Assembly: GCA_905178155.1 (NCBI GenBank)
Contig: CAJINV010000002.1
Span: 2,105,216 to 2,169,215 of the forward strand
Length of the DNA stretch: 64,000 nucleotides
Origin: Amoebophrya sp. A120
Lineage: Eukaryota > Protista > Dinoflagellata
Direction of reading: 5' to 3'
Shown: piece by piece, positions 1 to 12,800 of the stretch
How the letters are laid out: each line of letters opens with the position of its first letter
Numbering within the stretch: position 1 is the stretch's first letter
Position numbers and translations under genes: made by a program
The notes under the pieces: model-generated
Told to the model about the DNA's origin: nothing
Databases searched by the model: none
What the model saw: only the letters and a program-made list of their open reading frames with translations

Positions 1-3000
1 GAAGGTGGTTTTATCAAGAAAATTCTCTCCAACACCAACTTCCTTAAATGAAACACCCTCTGCCTCTCCCCCTGCCCGAACAACTTCGGGTCCGTTTGCT
101 CATTCAACACGTTCCAAAATTTCATCGCTTCGTAATCCGATTTCGACACGGTGGAGGTCGACTCATCCGTGGGCGCGACGGAGGAAGCCATTTGGTGCGC
201 GATTCGTTTGTATCAACTGTAAAAATGTCTGGGTCTGGAAGAATTCATGTTTGTCATGCTTGTCTGGCATGACTCTTAAATCTGTCATGCACGTTGCCCA
301 AGAGCTGCGTTTTTCTGTGATGCAGAAGCGCAGTTTGTCATGCAGAATAGGCAACACATAGGAGCTCAGAAACTTGTCATGCTGAGCCAGCATTTGTAGC
401 CTCATCATGAGACGCTACCCAGCATCACAAGTTCCCAGACCCAGACATTTTTACATTTGGTAGTTTCGAAAACGCGGGTGAGAAAGTTCCGATGAACTTC
501 AACGCTGCCGTTTGGAGAAAAATCGCGAGTTGCTTGTTCTTGATCTTCTCCTTGAAGAAGCCAAACTGCTGCGAAGCGTTCGTGGTGAGCAGTTTCTCGA
601 TCATCCCGGTAATTTCCCCCGCAGCTAATGCGAGTTGGAGAGGCGTGTCGCTCTCCGAGCTCCGCGGCCCAGTATGCACTGCAAAAGTATCGTACTCGTA
701 GTAATCGCAGTCATGCATTCGCATTACAAAGAAGAAAAGTGATGCGCACCCGTTCCGAAAATGTTGAAAGTTCAAAATTGAAAGCAAACCCACGCTGAAA
801 CTTCTGAAAGAAAAGGAAGGAAAGAAATTGCTACCCTAACTCAATCCGATGCGAGAAAAGAAGACTTCTTTATAGTGAAACAGCTGCAGGCCGCATGCTA
901 GTAGGTCTTAGACTTTCTAAGGTTTAGGTCGACGCTCAAGGCCCTAAGAGTAGTACTACTGCGCTAAGAAATAAAGAAGAACGACGGAGCTGCTGGATTT
1001 TAGTTTTTTCCCCCATACTGAGTGGAGCGCGTTCACCCTTGTAGTAATTACAATTACGCACTATGACTATATGGCACGTCGTAGCCTCTCGCTCCGTCCT
1101 GTAGATTGTATGCGCATAAGTAGATATCCGTAGCGTTCATAGTGATGAGCCCTAGGGAGACCCTACGGAGTAATAAAGTTGCTTTATAAGTCGAGCCGCT
1201 AATAGGAATGGGGGCGCTCAAAATCATGGCACTGCTAGCGGATTGAGATAAGGGGCAGAAGTAGTTGGGAGCATTTTAGGAGACGCCGGGGCACATATCC
1301 GGCGGGTGTCGGGCTACGTACCACACCCACAGTAGCCCACCAGCAAGACAAAAGCCGTGAAGCAGAAGCGAAGGGGCAGAGCGGCAAAGCAAGCACGGCG
1401 ACGATCACACCGGGGAGGCATCAGTGACAATTTTGCCAAGGCATCACGCAACTGAGAAGAGACGCGGACGGGTGCACTTTTTACATGACAAAGAAGAAAA
1501 GTGACGCGCACCCGTTCCGAAAATGTTGAAAGTTCAAAATTGAAAGCAAACCCACGCTGAAACTTCTGAAAGAAAAGGAAGGAAAGAAATTGCTACCCTA
1601 ACTCAATCCGATGCGAGAAAAGAAGACTTCTTTATAGTGAAACAGCTGCAGGCCGCATGCTAGTAGGTCTTAGACTTTCTAAGGTTTAGGTCGACGCTCA
1701 AGGCCCTAAGAGTAGTACTACTGCGCTAAGAAATAAAGAAGAACGACGGAGCTGCTGGATTTTTGTTTTTTCCCCCATACTGAGTGGAGCGTGTTCACCC
1801 TTGTAGTAATTACAAATTTACCTCTTAACCTAAATCCGCATTACAAATTCCATTTGTCATGCTGAGGGAATTTGTCATGCATTTATACGAGTACGATACT
1901 TTTGCAATCCATACTCAGCCGTTCCGAGTAACTCTGCTTTGCTCTTCCTGGTATTAGAAACTTTCTCCCCATTCGTCATGAGTTTCAAGATCATCAAGTC
2001 GCGGTCCATCACTCTCTTCTCTTCATCCGACACCGAAGACGGTATCACCCCCGGTGCGTAACTACCATTGTCGAATAACGGTAAAAGATCTTGAAAATCC
2101 ACGTTCTTATTAAAGTAACACTCCGCCAATTTCACCGCGGTGAACTCCGAAAACCCGCAAACCCGGTGGAGGTAATCCATCGAGATCGCCATTTCTACCT
2201 CTACCGGGGTTAGTTTCAGCGATTCGATTTCTTGGTGGAAAAGCTGCTGCTGGGAGACGAACGATTTCTGGTTTTTTAGTTGTTCCATCCGTTTCACGTT
2301 CACGTAAACCCACGCACGAAGCTTGTTCCGGAAGGGGACTATACTGTTTTTGTCGGAAAAGAGAAAACCGAATTGGGCCTTCAATTGGATCACTGCGTCA
2401 GCTGCAGGTCCTACGGTATTATTATTGTTGTTGACCGCGACTCTTTGCGCAATCTGCGTCACGTGCGGGAACCCGAGGTCCTTCTTCAGAGTTTCGATAT
2501 CGCAGTTCGCGAGTTGCAGAACTGCGTAGTACGTACTGGTTTGACCGTACTAAGGGGAAAAGTTCAAGAATAAGAAAACTGACAAAAAAATCAACACGTG
2601 ACTCATCGAGGTAAGTTCAGTGCACCTGTGTGCTGTTTTGTTTGCAAATGCTGCTCATCTCATTCTTGAAAAACACGCAACAAGAAAAGGCGGACATAAA
2701 AGGTCGCGCAGGAAATCAAGTCGGACTGCTTTCAGAAACGACTTGCCATGACGCTCCACCTGAAGAAGGTCTTACCTGTGCCGCGACGGGATACCAGACG
2801 CAATAAAATACTGAATAAGCTGACCTACCCAGGGAGGGGGACCCAATGCCCGAACGCCGAGACCCCGGAAACGGACACCATTTCCGGGACACTTTTCGCG
2901 CGGACACAAAAGGGGCGCCCTTTTCTGGTATTCTTGAAATTTTAACCGCACCTGAGTCGGTCGATTTGGCCAAAATCATGGGGGCCCCCAAATCCCGGAT

Positions 3001-5899
3001 TTGGGACCCCTTTGGCTGGACCCCCTTGGTCGTATTCTTGAGATTTTAACCAAGTCCCCGAGCATCATTTTTCAGAACTAGAACACAACTCAACAATTGG
3101 GCGCCTGTGTCGAAGGCAACAGGTGCCCGCCGTGGTGTATTTGGTGGCGGGAGAAAACACGCCGGGCCGCGTGTTCTTGGGTCTCCACTGTAGGCCTGCG
3201 TGGAGATTGCCAAAGCCGGCGCCTGAGTTTGTTTTTTGTGAATAGTTTCAGCATACTCATATTAGTACTGTTTACAAGAAATGACTCCATGAAGGTAACT
3301 AGTTTAGTGTGTAGAGATTAGCATTCTATTTCCGGGAGGAGAGGGCAAGGCGCCGAGTGCCTAGTGATGTTTTTTTGGTCTCTTGAGTGAAGTCCTAGCA
3401 GGGAAAGGCCCGGCTGTGGAGGCGATGGGATGCTCCGCCACCTGGGGCGACGATATCTGCTGGCTTACCACGTGCTGCCCGACTACCCGGCGATCCTCCC
3501 CTGCAACCTGGAACCGGGCGCCTGGCTCTGGCACTGCTCCAGGGCCAGGGTTGATTTTTTTGATAAAATTCGTATTCTTGAACTTTTCCCGTTAGTTAGA
3601 TCCTTCTTCAGCGTCTCAATATCGCAGTTCGCGAGTTGCAGAACTGCGTAGTATGTACTGGTTTCACCGCCACTCAAGGTGCTCAACAGAGTTGTGCTCA
3701 TTTGACTTTGTTGACTTTGGCGTGCTGCGAGAGAAGACGCGGAAGGTCGAGGTAACAGCTTGATGGCCGGATTGATGATATTACTTGTAGTTTGCGGGGG
3801 ACCACCTCCTTCGCTGGTGCCCGGTGGAGGAGGTACAACAGCATTTGTGCCTCCTCCTGCGTTGTTCATCTCTTCGTTGGCTCCACCTGGAGCAGCTGGT
3901 GCTGCGGCTGCTCCCGTTGTGGCCGTCCCAGGAACATTTGTTCCCACTGCACCACCATCTCGACGTCCAGTGTTTGCATTTTTGCCACTATTGCTTCTCA
4001 ACTCCAGAAACTTCGCGATCCGCAATGCGCCGCCGGGGGAAAGTAAACACTCTTCCCCGCAAAGAAAGGCCACGCACGCTTCGTAGGACAGTTCTTCTTC
4101 AATCTCGTCATACGCGTCGGCGGGCTCTTCACGTTGAGCAGGATATGGAAGCGTCAGAATCGAAATTGACAAAGTCGAAAAATTTGTGATGCATAAAATC
4201 GATACCAGTTGGAGCCTCAGCCTCCAAGTGGCGCATGACAAATTTCGGGAGCACCCAAATCCAGTCTGTCATGCTGTTTCGACAAAGAAGACTGCTCTCG
4301 TCATGCTACTCTGGCAGCGCGTTGCATACCCCTAAACAGGCTTGCAATCGGTCTCATTTGCCTGCTCCCCAACACAGGCCTTCAGTGCCCTACATTTCAC
4401 GCATCACAAGTTTTTCGATTTTGTCGATTTCGATTCTGACACATCCATACAGGACTCAACATCGGTAAGAAGTCCTGCTCGAAAATCGGTTTAGTGTTTT
4501 GATTCATGTTCATCTGCGTGTTTTTTGTCATGCTGTTCCGCCTCATGGTGTTGGTATTCATTTGATGTTCCGCGAATAAAAACTTGTCGATCATTTTCGA
4601 AGTTTCCTGCACCGTCAGTAACGGAAACGGGTTCGGCAGTTTATTCGGCCGCTGCGGGTCTAACGCGATGCCCTTGATGTTTTCCAAGTTCGCAAACACC
4701 TCCGCTTCCTCCTTCAACAGCATGTCCAATTTCGTCATGTAAGAGTCTGGTCCACCCCCCTTCGCCGACGAATCTTTCTCCGGTTTTAGAAAAAACAGGT
4801 ACACGAGAAAGGCCGCGGCGATCAGCACTGCGATGGCGATGCAGCCCAAAATGTACAAGACCGTTTTATTATTGTCCCCGGAAGATGATGTTGATGAGGG
4901 ACTTGTGTCTCCTGGGGGAGCCGTTATTGTTCTGGCTGCGTTATCAGGCACTGCAGCGGGAGGGCCACCGTTTGTCTTATCGTGTAGGTGTACTTTTTTA
5001 TTCTTCTTGCCCTCCAGTTCAGAAACTTGGAAAAATGTTTTTGTGCTGGAATCTTCGTTGGAATTCCTGCTCCTGCTGTTGTGATTTTCGTTTGATATTT
5101 CGTCGTCCCCGGGTTGATTTCGTCTCGTATTTTCATCGTTTTCCTCGCCAACAACACCAGCAACATCCACCTGCTGCAGATCATCCACAGGAATTCTATG
5201 AGCCGTTTCTTCTTGTTGCGCGGTACTTCTTCTGCTCGTGGTCCTCTTTTGGCCATCATGCACTTGCAAGTCCGTGTCGTGACTCAGTTGTTCTAATTTT
5301 TGCACTATGCTTTCCTGGCGCTCCAGCTTTTGGTTTTGCTCCAGCTGCGCAGTGGGAGCGGCTTGGTTCCTGCTCTCCAAGAATTCTCCAGAAGCGGCAA
5401 GATCTTCTTCTTGTGCAGCTTCACCTCTTTCCGTTCTTTCCCGGAGCAGAAGGTCCTGCGCCGACAAAGCTCCTGCTGGGAAAAGATTACCGTCTTCATC
5501 CTCCACCTTTATTTTGATTTTCGTACTAACGCCGTCTACTTCATCTTGCCCTGATGCTCTGTGACTCGATTTCGATCTTTTGTTGTGCACTTTTTTCTTC
5601 CGGTTGTTCTTCGGCTGAATGATGTGCGTGTGGCGATTATTCTTGTTACCGTTCACCATGGTCGTGTAGGCGTCGGCGAACTGGTAAAAAAATCCGCCAT
5701 GCTGCTGGGCGAGGGATAGGAGACTACAAGAGGTCAGGAACATGGTTCTAGTACTTCTGGTGGCGCACATGTTGGCTGCAGCAGAGAGGGGTTTTTCTTT
5801 ATGAATTTTTGAAGCTGCCATTTTGCTGGTGTTTTCGAAAACTTGAAATTTCAAATGGGAGACCGCAGGGGAAAGGCTTCCTAAGTGCGTTCTTTTCAA
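1..5899 (-). CDS. Multi-exon gene, hypothetical single-pass membrane protein (3' end runs off the window)
   Basis: Exons about 5899-4450, 4143-3598, 2475-1914, 672-463 and 210-1 join in frame after removal of the inserts: LSP|AQREE, KKDL|GFPHVTQ, GTA|GPRSS, AFSK|RIAHQ. TM helix VLYILGCIAIAVLIAAAFLVYLFFL. Start codon uncertain. Confidence 0.75.
211..462. mobile_element. Introner, family A
   Basis: TIR TATCAACTGTAAAAATGTCTGGGTCTGG / CCAGACCCAGACATTTTTACATTTGGTA; flanks GTTTG/GTTTC; removal is in frame. Confidence 0.9.
673..1913. mobile_element. Introner, family B, carrying a nested insertion
   Basis: TIR TATGCACTGCAAAAGTATCGTACTCGTA / TACGAGTACGATACTTTTGCAATCCATA; flanks CCCAG/CTCAG; removal is in frame. 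Uninterrupted B copies are about 150 bp. Confidence 0.9.
724..1815. mobile_element. Non-autonomous element with about 330-bp direct terminal repeats (TRIM-like or YR-type), nested in an introner
   Basis: 724-1053 and 1486-1815 are near-identical direct repeats (offset 762) around a core of about 430 bp with no convincing ORF. Repeat 2 runs TGACA...TTACA. Confidence 0.8.
2476..3669. repeat. 72-bp direct duplication of exon sequence (2476-2547 and 3598-3669) flanking the TIR element
   Basis: 66/72 identical; both copies encode G[E/Q]TSTYYAVLQLANCDIETLKKDL on the minus strand. Confidence 0.9.
2549..3596. mobile_element. About 1.05-kb non-autonomous TIR element inside a coding exon
   Basis: About 46-bp imperfect TIR ACTAAGGGGAAAAGTTCAAGAATAAG...AAAAAAATCAAC / GTTGATTTTTTT...CGTATTCTTGAACTTTTCCCGTTAGT. 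Palindrome-rich interior, no credible ORF. Confidence 0.8.
4144..4449. mobile_element. Introner, family D
   Basis: TIR TATGGAAGCGTCAGAATCGAAATTGACAAA / TTTGTCGATTTCGATTCTGACACATCCATA; perfect TSD CAGGA; same 306-bp length and highly similar to 29369-29674. Confidence 0.95.
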
Positions 5900-6834
5900 A
5901 GTGAATGCGATATTTCGGGGTCAAATTATACTTACCGGTGTTTGGTTCAAAACGATGAATAAACTTAAAAAGTGAAGGGGGGGTCCGACAGCATAAAATC
6001 AGCCTGGTGACGTTGATGGTAAAGTCAGATTGTTTTCTACAGAGAAAAATTATTTCTAAATGCTCTATGAGCCTACTGCAAGAAGCACCTTCGCACGAAA
6101 ACGGCGCATGAAACCACATTTAGTGCGTAAACACGATACGGACGATTCATTATACCGACCAGTTCACGATGAGGATCACCGAAAAGTACGAAGGAAAAAG
6201 TGGACGACAACGACGAGATCGAGGGGCTTCTACGTAAGTAAAATAATGCAGCACACGAAGAACAAATCAGAACGAACCGACAGCAAGAAGATGCCTTCAA
6301 AATAAATCGATGCAAATTGCAACGAAGCAACCGATGAATTTATTGAGAGGCCAGCTGCTCCTTCTCGGTGAGAACATTAAATGGACACCACGCAAAGGCA
6401 AAGTAGATGCTGGCGCTGAAGAAATAAAGAGTCGTTCTACAGCCGATCGCAAATGAAGACACTTCTGTTCGACTTGTCAACTACGTGATTTCATACGGCA
6501 CGGATGGCCGAGCTAGAGACACCGATGATCATTAGTGCAAAAAGTATCATTGTCATTCTCATTGTCTTGTAGTGTTTATACGCGTTGCATGGAGCGAGAG
6601 CGCCTTGCATGCCTATCAAGACGACTCATCAGAGCACTAGGAGTGCTCTGATGTTAGAATTTGATCGTTCGAAAAGTTCTGAACCAGCAGCAGGCGGGAA
6701 GAAGCGCAGCCGCTCGATTCTGCCACTACCGTGGAGGTTCCAAGACTTTTTCATTTTATTTTTCGGCACATGATCACGACTACTACTACATCGATAAGGT
6801 TAAGGCTAAGGTAAAGTAGTTTTTATCCCGTTCC

Positions 6835-9800
6835 TCATTTTCTCCCCATAATGAGCCCCTCTGCGTGGTTCAGCGCCTCCGCAATATCCGCGTTCACCTC
6901 GTTAGAACTCCGGAAAAATTTCCCCTCCTTCCGCTTCCTCGCCTCGTCCTTCATCTTCAACAGCGGGCTCGGCACCGGCATCTTCCGGAACCGGATCACG
7001 GGTTTTGCCGGACTCTCATCCTTGATCAAGTGCGACCAATCCTTCTCGGCGGAAAACCAGGCGGAAACTTTGGGAAAGATTTTCAAGGATTCCGCGTCGA
7101 TCCTCGCTAAATACAGCGTTTTCTTCAACGTCTCGTTGCTCATCGCTTCCAACCGGTATTTCAAAATTCCCGGATTGTTGTCTCCGGCGAACTCATCGTT
7201 CTGCGAGTTCTCCTTCAGACACTTCTGGATCACCTGCCTTAACTTCGGAAAATCGATTTCGTAGTCGTTCCACTCTTCGAACGCATCGGGGTTCCAGCTC
7301 AACGGTTCTTGGTTCCCGACCTCTTTGTTCATGAACTTCCTCACGATCCGCTTCGCCTCCATGGGCTTCGGGCCTTTGTTTCTCTTCGGTGAGGTGTCAC
7401 TATCGTCATCGGAACTGCTGTGTTTATCCAGTCCCCGGTTGCTCATCATCGCCATGACATCGTCGTGTCCAGGCCGGGCACCAGCACCGCCTCCGATTTT
7501 GAAACCAAACGGCGAATCAGTATTGTTATCCGGCGAACTTCCACCACCATAACCTCCTCCCCGCAGCGGCGATTTAATCCCACTCAAAACGTTCCCGAGT
7601 TTCTGGAAATTCCCCGCGATCGCCCCGCCAATGTGCGCCACCGCGGTGCCGAGACCCGGGGCTTTGCCCGTGCCGTCGTCGCTGCTGCTGTCCGATTCAC
7701 CGTCTAGTTTTTTCTCTTTTGTCCCGTCCGAAAACGGATTCAACGCGTTTACCAACTCCCCCATCGCCTTCCCCATGCTATAACCCGCTCAGATGTAGTT
7801 ACAATCTCAAACGTTACGAATAGAATCTGGAATTTGTGTTGCAAAATGCGCAACATCTGGCCTACTCCCAAAGGAGCGCGCATGACAAGTTTCGGGACTC
7901 CAAACCTCATGAGAAATATCTGACGAAATTTGTATTGCAAAAAGCCCAAGTCTCTATATGGTACTCATGTTGTTCATGCAAGACAAATTCCAGATTCTAT
8001 TGTAACGTTTGAGATTGTAACATCTGAGCAAGCAATACATGTCGGCTTTCTTGTCTAGTTTCTTCTGCTCCATCATCACTTTTTGCTGCTCCTTCTTTTG
8101 CTGGTGAATGGAGCTCCACTTCGCGAACTGCGTTTCGTTATGCATTGCAAACATGTCTGGGTCTGGAAAGTTGGAACTTGTAATGCTGGGCTTACATTCC
8201 TATGAAATCTGTCTCTGTGTTGCAGGACCTACAAAAAGTCTCAAAAACGCTGTTTCTACTCATGCGGGCTGCGCATAAGACAGCGTCCTTCAAACTTGTC
8301 ACACTTGGCTGCATTTGGAAGTGTTTGTCATCATCTACAGTTCAGCATCACAAGTTTATTCCAGATCCAGACATATTTGCAATCCATACTCGTTCCGCTT
8401 GTACACGCTCTTCGCCTTCGAAAGCTTCGCGGCGAGTTTGTCCATCTCCGCGTTATCTCCCCGTAACTGCGCTATCCAGAAAAAAACACCCATCCACATC
8501 CAAGAATTTGTCATGCAAAACATACATAAAGTCCTGTGTTTGTCATGCAAAAAGTGGATGTGAGTGGGTTTTTTTCTGTGGATATGCGCCCGGATCATTT
8601 TCCCCCGGATCTGTGCCTGGATTTGCACCGCCGCCTGGTCTATCAAATGCAAAAATGTCGGGGTCTGGAAACTTGTAATGCTGCGTTGGGAATAGTGAAT
8701 GCTCTGTAATGCACAGGCAAGCATGAGAAATATCTATGTTGCGTTTTTCGCACGACAAAGACAATGACAAACTGCGTTTTTGCATGATAGGCAAAAGGGT
8801 CTCTTCTTGGACACGCATCACAAACTTTTTGGTCATGACAGACAAGCATGACAAGTCTCAAAGTCTTCCAGACCCAAACATTTTTGCATTTGATATGGTC
8901 GATCTTCCGCTTTTTCCGTTGGAGGAACGGCCCGGGATTCTTCGGCAACCCGACCAGTTTCAACTGCAATCGTATGTCTTTCGGGAGCAGGTAGCTGTAA
9001 TCTTTATCCGGACGCAAGATCGACCTCGCAACGTTCGCCCCGAACGGATCTTTACCGTCTTCCCCGACGTCTTCACTGGAGCTTTCGTGTTTGTTGTAGT
9101 CGATCCGGTTGTCTAATCTCTTCCCTTTCACTTTCACCTCGACCTTCGCATTCAACTTCTTCCTCTTCACCTTTGTAAATTGGTGCTTCAGTTCCGTTTT
9201 GCTACCCGCTTCCGGCCACAAACCCAAATCCTCCGCGTCAATCCCTTTTTTGTAGAGATACCGAGCGACAAGATTCGGTTGCTGGTTCTTCTCCTGCAGA
9301 AAAAAATCTGAAGTTCCCTTCATCCCAGTATTCACCCCCGCTTTGAAATCTTGGTTCCGGTTGGTCTTCTCAAAGTCTGATTCCTGGTACACCGTCATTG
9401 TATCCACCCCCAGCATCTTCAAAACCCGAGATAATTTCGCAAAATTTATCTCGTAGTTTACCCACTGGAACCCCTTCTTCCCGTCGATTGCCGGGTCGGG
9501 CAAAGGGACGGTATTCAACTCCTTCTGGACCCCCTTGGGCAAATCCGGCATTCTTCTCCGCAAAAACGGCCCGGGTCGTAGTGTCAGTTCCAGCGCCAAC
9601 ACCGGCTTCTGCAGATTCATCAAGTACGCGTAATTCGCCACCGGCCCGGGCATCTGCGCGCCGACTGCGTAAGCGGCTGATTATCCTGAGTAAAAACGTC
9701 CCCACCTCCCCAGAGTTGTGATGCAAATGTGCAATGACAGGAACATTTGTAATGCGCAGCTCCATGAAAGGTATTTTCAAGCGTGTTTTGGAATTTGTAA

Positions 9801-12800
9801 TGCTGCAAACAGGGCGAGAAAGTGGCTTTCTCATGCGGCTTCCCTTGCCAACCAGCACTACACTGTCACTGCAGAGGGAAACTTGTCATGCACAGCTTCC
9901 AAAACTTCGAGATTTGTGATGGAAGATTCCCAACTTGACTCTGGGGTAGGATGAATGTTTTTGCTCAGGATACTGATGCTTTGTGCTTCTCCGATTTTTC
10001 CGCATCCGCCTTCCGCAAACTCGCGCCCCACCCGTTTTTGAACCAATTCCGATCTTTTTCCTCCTCGATTTGGTCGATCGCGTCGGGGATGAACTTTTTC
10101 ACGTCGTCGTCAGGGAGTAAATGCTCCCCCATCGCGCGCTCGTACGGTGTGGGAAAGATCTATCCTGTGCAAAAGTATCGTACTCGTAGTAATTGCAATC
10201 ATGCATTACAAATCCTTTGCTAAAGGTAAATCCGCATTACAAATTTTTTCTCATGCTGAGAAAATTTGTCATGCATTTATACGAGTACGATACTTTTGCA
10301 GTTCATAAGATCCCCAGGGTCGCAACGTCCACGTTGTTCATGTAGAGCGCGCGGGCTACTTCATCATCGGAGAGTAAGTAAAAATCCAGTTTCTGTTCCT
10401 TCGCGAGTAACTCCATCTCCCGCTGTTCCTCTTCCGCGGTATGTTTCCCAAACTCGTAACCCTCCGCCATCATGGCAGCTTTCGCCCCCGCAGCAAGCGC
10501 TTTCTCTCCCCGCGCGACTCCAATGTTTTCCGCGGATTTCTTTTCCTGTTCCGCGATCTCCTTCATGATCCGCTCCTGCTCCTCTTTTTCGAGTAGTTCA
10601 AGAGATTTTTCGAAAAAATCCCGTAAAGGGGTTAAAAATTTCCCCGGGTCGTCCGGATCCCGTTGTATGACCGGAAACCCCGTTTCCGCATCGATCGCGC
10701 AGTGAATAACCGGACAGCCGGTATTCGGGTCGATGTCCATCAACGGGAAGCCCTTGACGTCCACCGGTAGTAACAACACGCCCCACTTTTTCACGATCTG
10801 CAAATTCGGAAAATTCGGATTTTGCGGATCTACCGGGATTAGCGGCTGTCCTAAGCCGCTTCTCGGGATTTCCAGCTCGCCCGTTTCCATGTTCATCGGC
10901 ATAATCGGTAGTTTCGTAACCGGGTCGTAATTCCGAAACAGTTGCTTCTCATCCCTGGTTATGAATTGCAAATATACCACCTCTGTCTGGAAACTTGTGA
11001 TGCAAGAAAGGGAATAGTGAGCAAACTGTAACGCGCTGCGAAGCATGAGAAGTTTTTCCGTGGTTCTGGGTTCTTGCGTATTCCGCATGAGAAAAAGTGT
11101 TTTTGCATGACAGGCAAGAGGAGGTCTTCGCGGTCACGCAATACAGAGCTCAGAATCTGAATCATGCCGGACTAGCATGACAAATCTCGGAATCATCTCC
11201 CAGACCCAGACATATTTGCAGTTGATACCCGGATTGTACGGCTTCGTAGGGTACCCCTCGTTGTCAAAAGCGAGGATCTATCCTGTGCAAAAGTATCGTA
11301 CTCGTAATGATTGCATTTATGCATTACAAATCTCGTCCATCCCAAGGTAAAACAGCATGACAACTTCCATTTGTCATGCTGAGGTAGATTGTAATGCAAT
11401 TACTACTAGTACGATGCTTTTGCAATTCATAGGATCAGTGGACCTTGGCAGTTCGGATCGGGGTTCACGTATTCCCCCAAAATCCCCCGCGCGTCCACCT
11501 CTCCGTGCGCGTCTTGCTCCTCGGTACCGCCGATAGAAGCTTCTCCTGCTGGACCAGCACCTGCTGATCCTGTCCCCTCCGGTTGTTGGTCTGCAGTCGC
11601 GCCCATCTTAATCTGCATATTCAAGACGTCATCCGATTTCCCTGTGGTTCCACTGCTCTTACCTATCCCTCCCGACTGCCCCGCCTGTTGCGAGCCCCCA
11701 GCACCACTCCCGCCTCCACCTCCCTGTGCCAGCCCCAGCATATCCACCGATGCGCCCGCCTTCGCAATTGGGAGCTTTTTAATCACGGATTGCGGGTCTT
11801 TGTACTTCGGAATCCCCTTCTTCTTCGGCGGCGCTTTCTTCATCTTTGGCGGGATTTTGTGCTTCTTCGCGAATCGCTGATTTTGCGCTGCGGCTTTCTG
11901 CTTCGCGGCCGTCATCGCTGCTTTTTTTGCCTTCGCTTTCGCCATTTTTACCAACTCCTGTTGCTCCAAAACCGCCAAACCATTCTGCACTTCCGCCATG
12001 GCCTGCTCTAGCTGCAGACCCCGTTGGGTCAATTGCTCGCCGAACTGGAGCTGTTCGGGGGAGATGTCGTCCCCCAGCATTTGTAACTCCTGTAAAGCGT
12101 TCACGATCTGCGCGTACTCCTCTTGAATAGCCTGGCCCTGCTGCATCAACTGCTGCATCTGCGGTGTCGGGGTGACTTTCATCGCGTTTTCGTCATCGGA
12201 GTCGAAAAAGAGAAAGGGACTGGAAGGCGGTAGTTTTTTGTCGTCATCTACTTCTCTATGTCTGGCGTTTTCGTTCAGCACTTCGTCGTCCACCTCGTCA
12301 ACTGATTTGTCTACTCGTCTTGCAGATGAAGATGCTGTTATTAATGCTGCTGTAGAAGGGACAGGGGGCGCAGATGCTGGTCCTCGTCGCAAAAGCGGCG
12401 AAGTGGCTGATATGTTGGACGAGCTTGTACTGCAGCTAATGAGAGGACTTACACCTGCGGCAAGTCCTGAAGAACGACCTAATTGTGCTTCGTCTGCTGG
12501 TTGTGGTTCTTGTTCTTCATCCTCAGGAAAGAACATGAAAACTTTCTTCCCAGCACTGCTCACCACTTCCCGCGGCTTTATTTCCTTTTCCAGCTTCTCT
12601 TTCTTCGTGACGCTCCCCTGCTCGTCCGTCCCCGTGTCTATCGGCAAGACAAATTTGATCTTTTTCTCCGCCAGCCCCTCCGAAATCCAGTTCAACTTTG
12701 CTTTAGTTTCCCTTTTCGCCGGCGGCGGGCCAAAACGAACTCGCCTGCTCGGACTGATATCAGCCTGTTCGATTTCGGTCAGAATTTCTGATGCGGACGA

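Noticed and set aside
1142-1175. Possible hammerhead ribozyme (retrozyme) in the direct-repeat element; also CUGAGGG-stem in the 99-bp repeat
   Set aside because: The core reads GUGAUGA rather than CUGANGA, and no correctly placed GAAA follows in either case.
425-11399. Several ORFs sharing peptides such as KMSGSGNL, FQTQTFL and YDTFA
   Set aside because: These are translations of introner TIRs, not a protein family.
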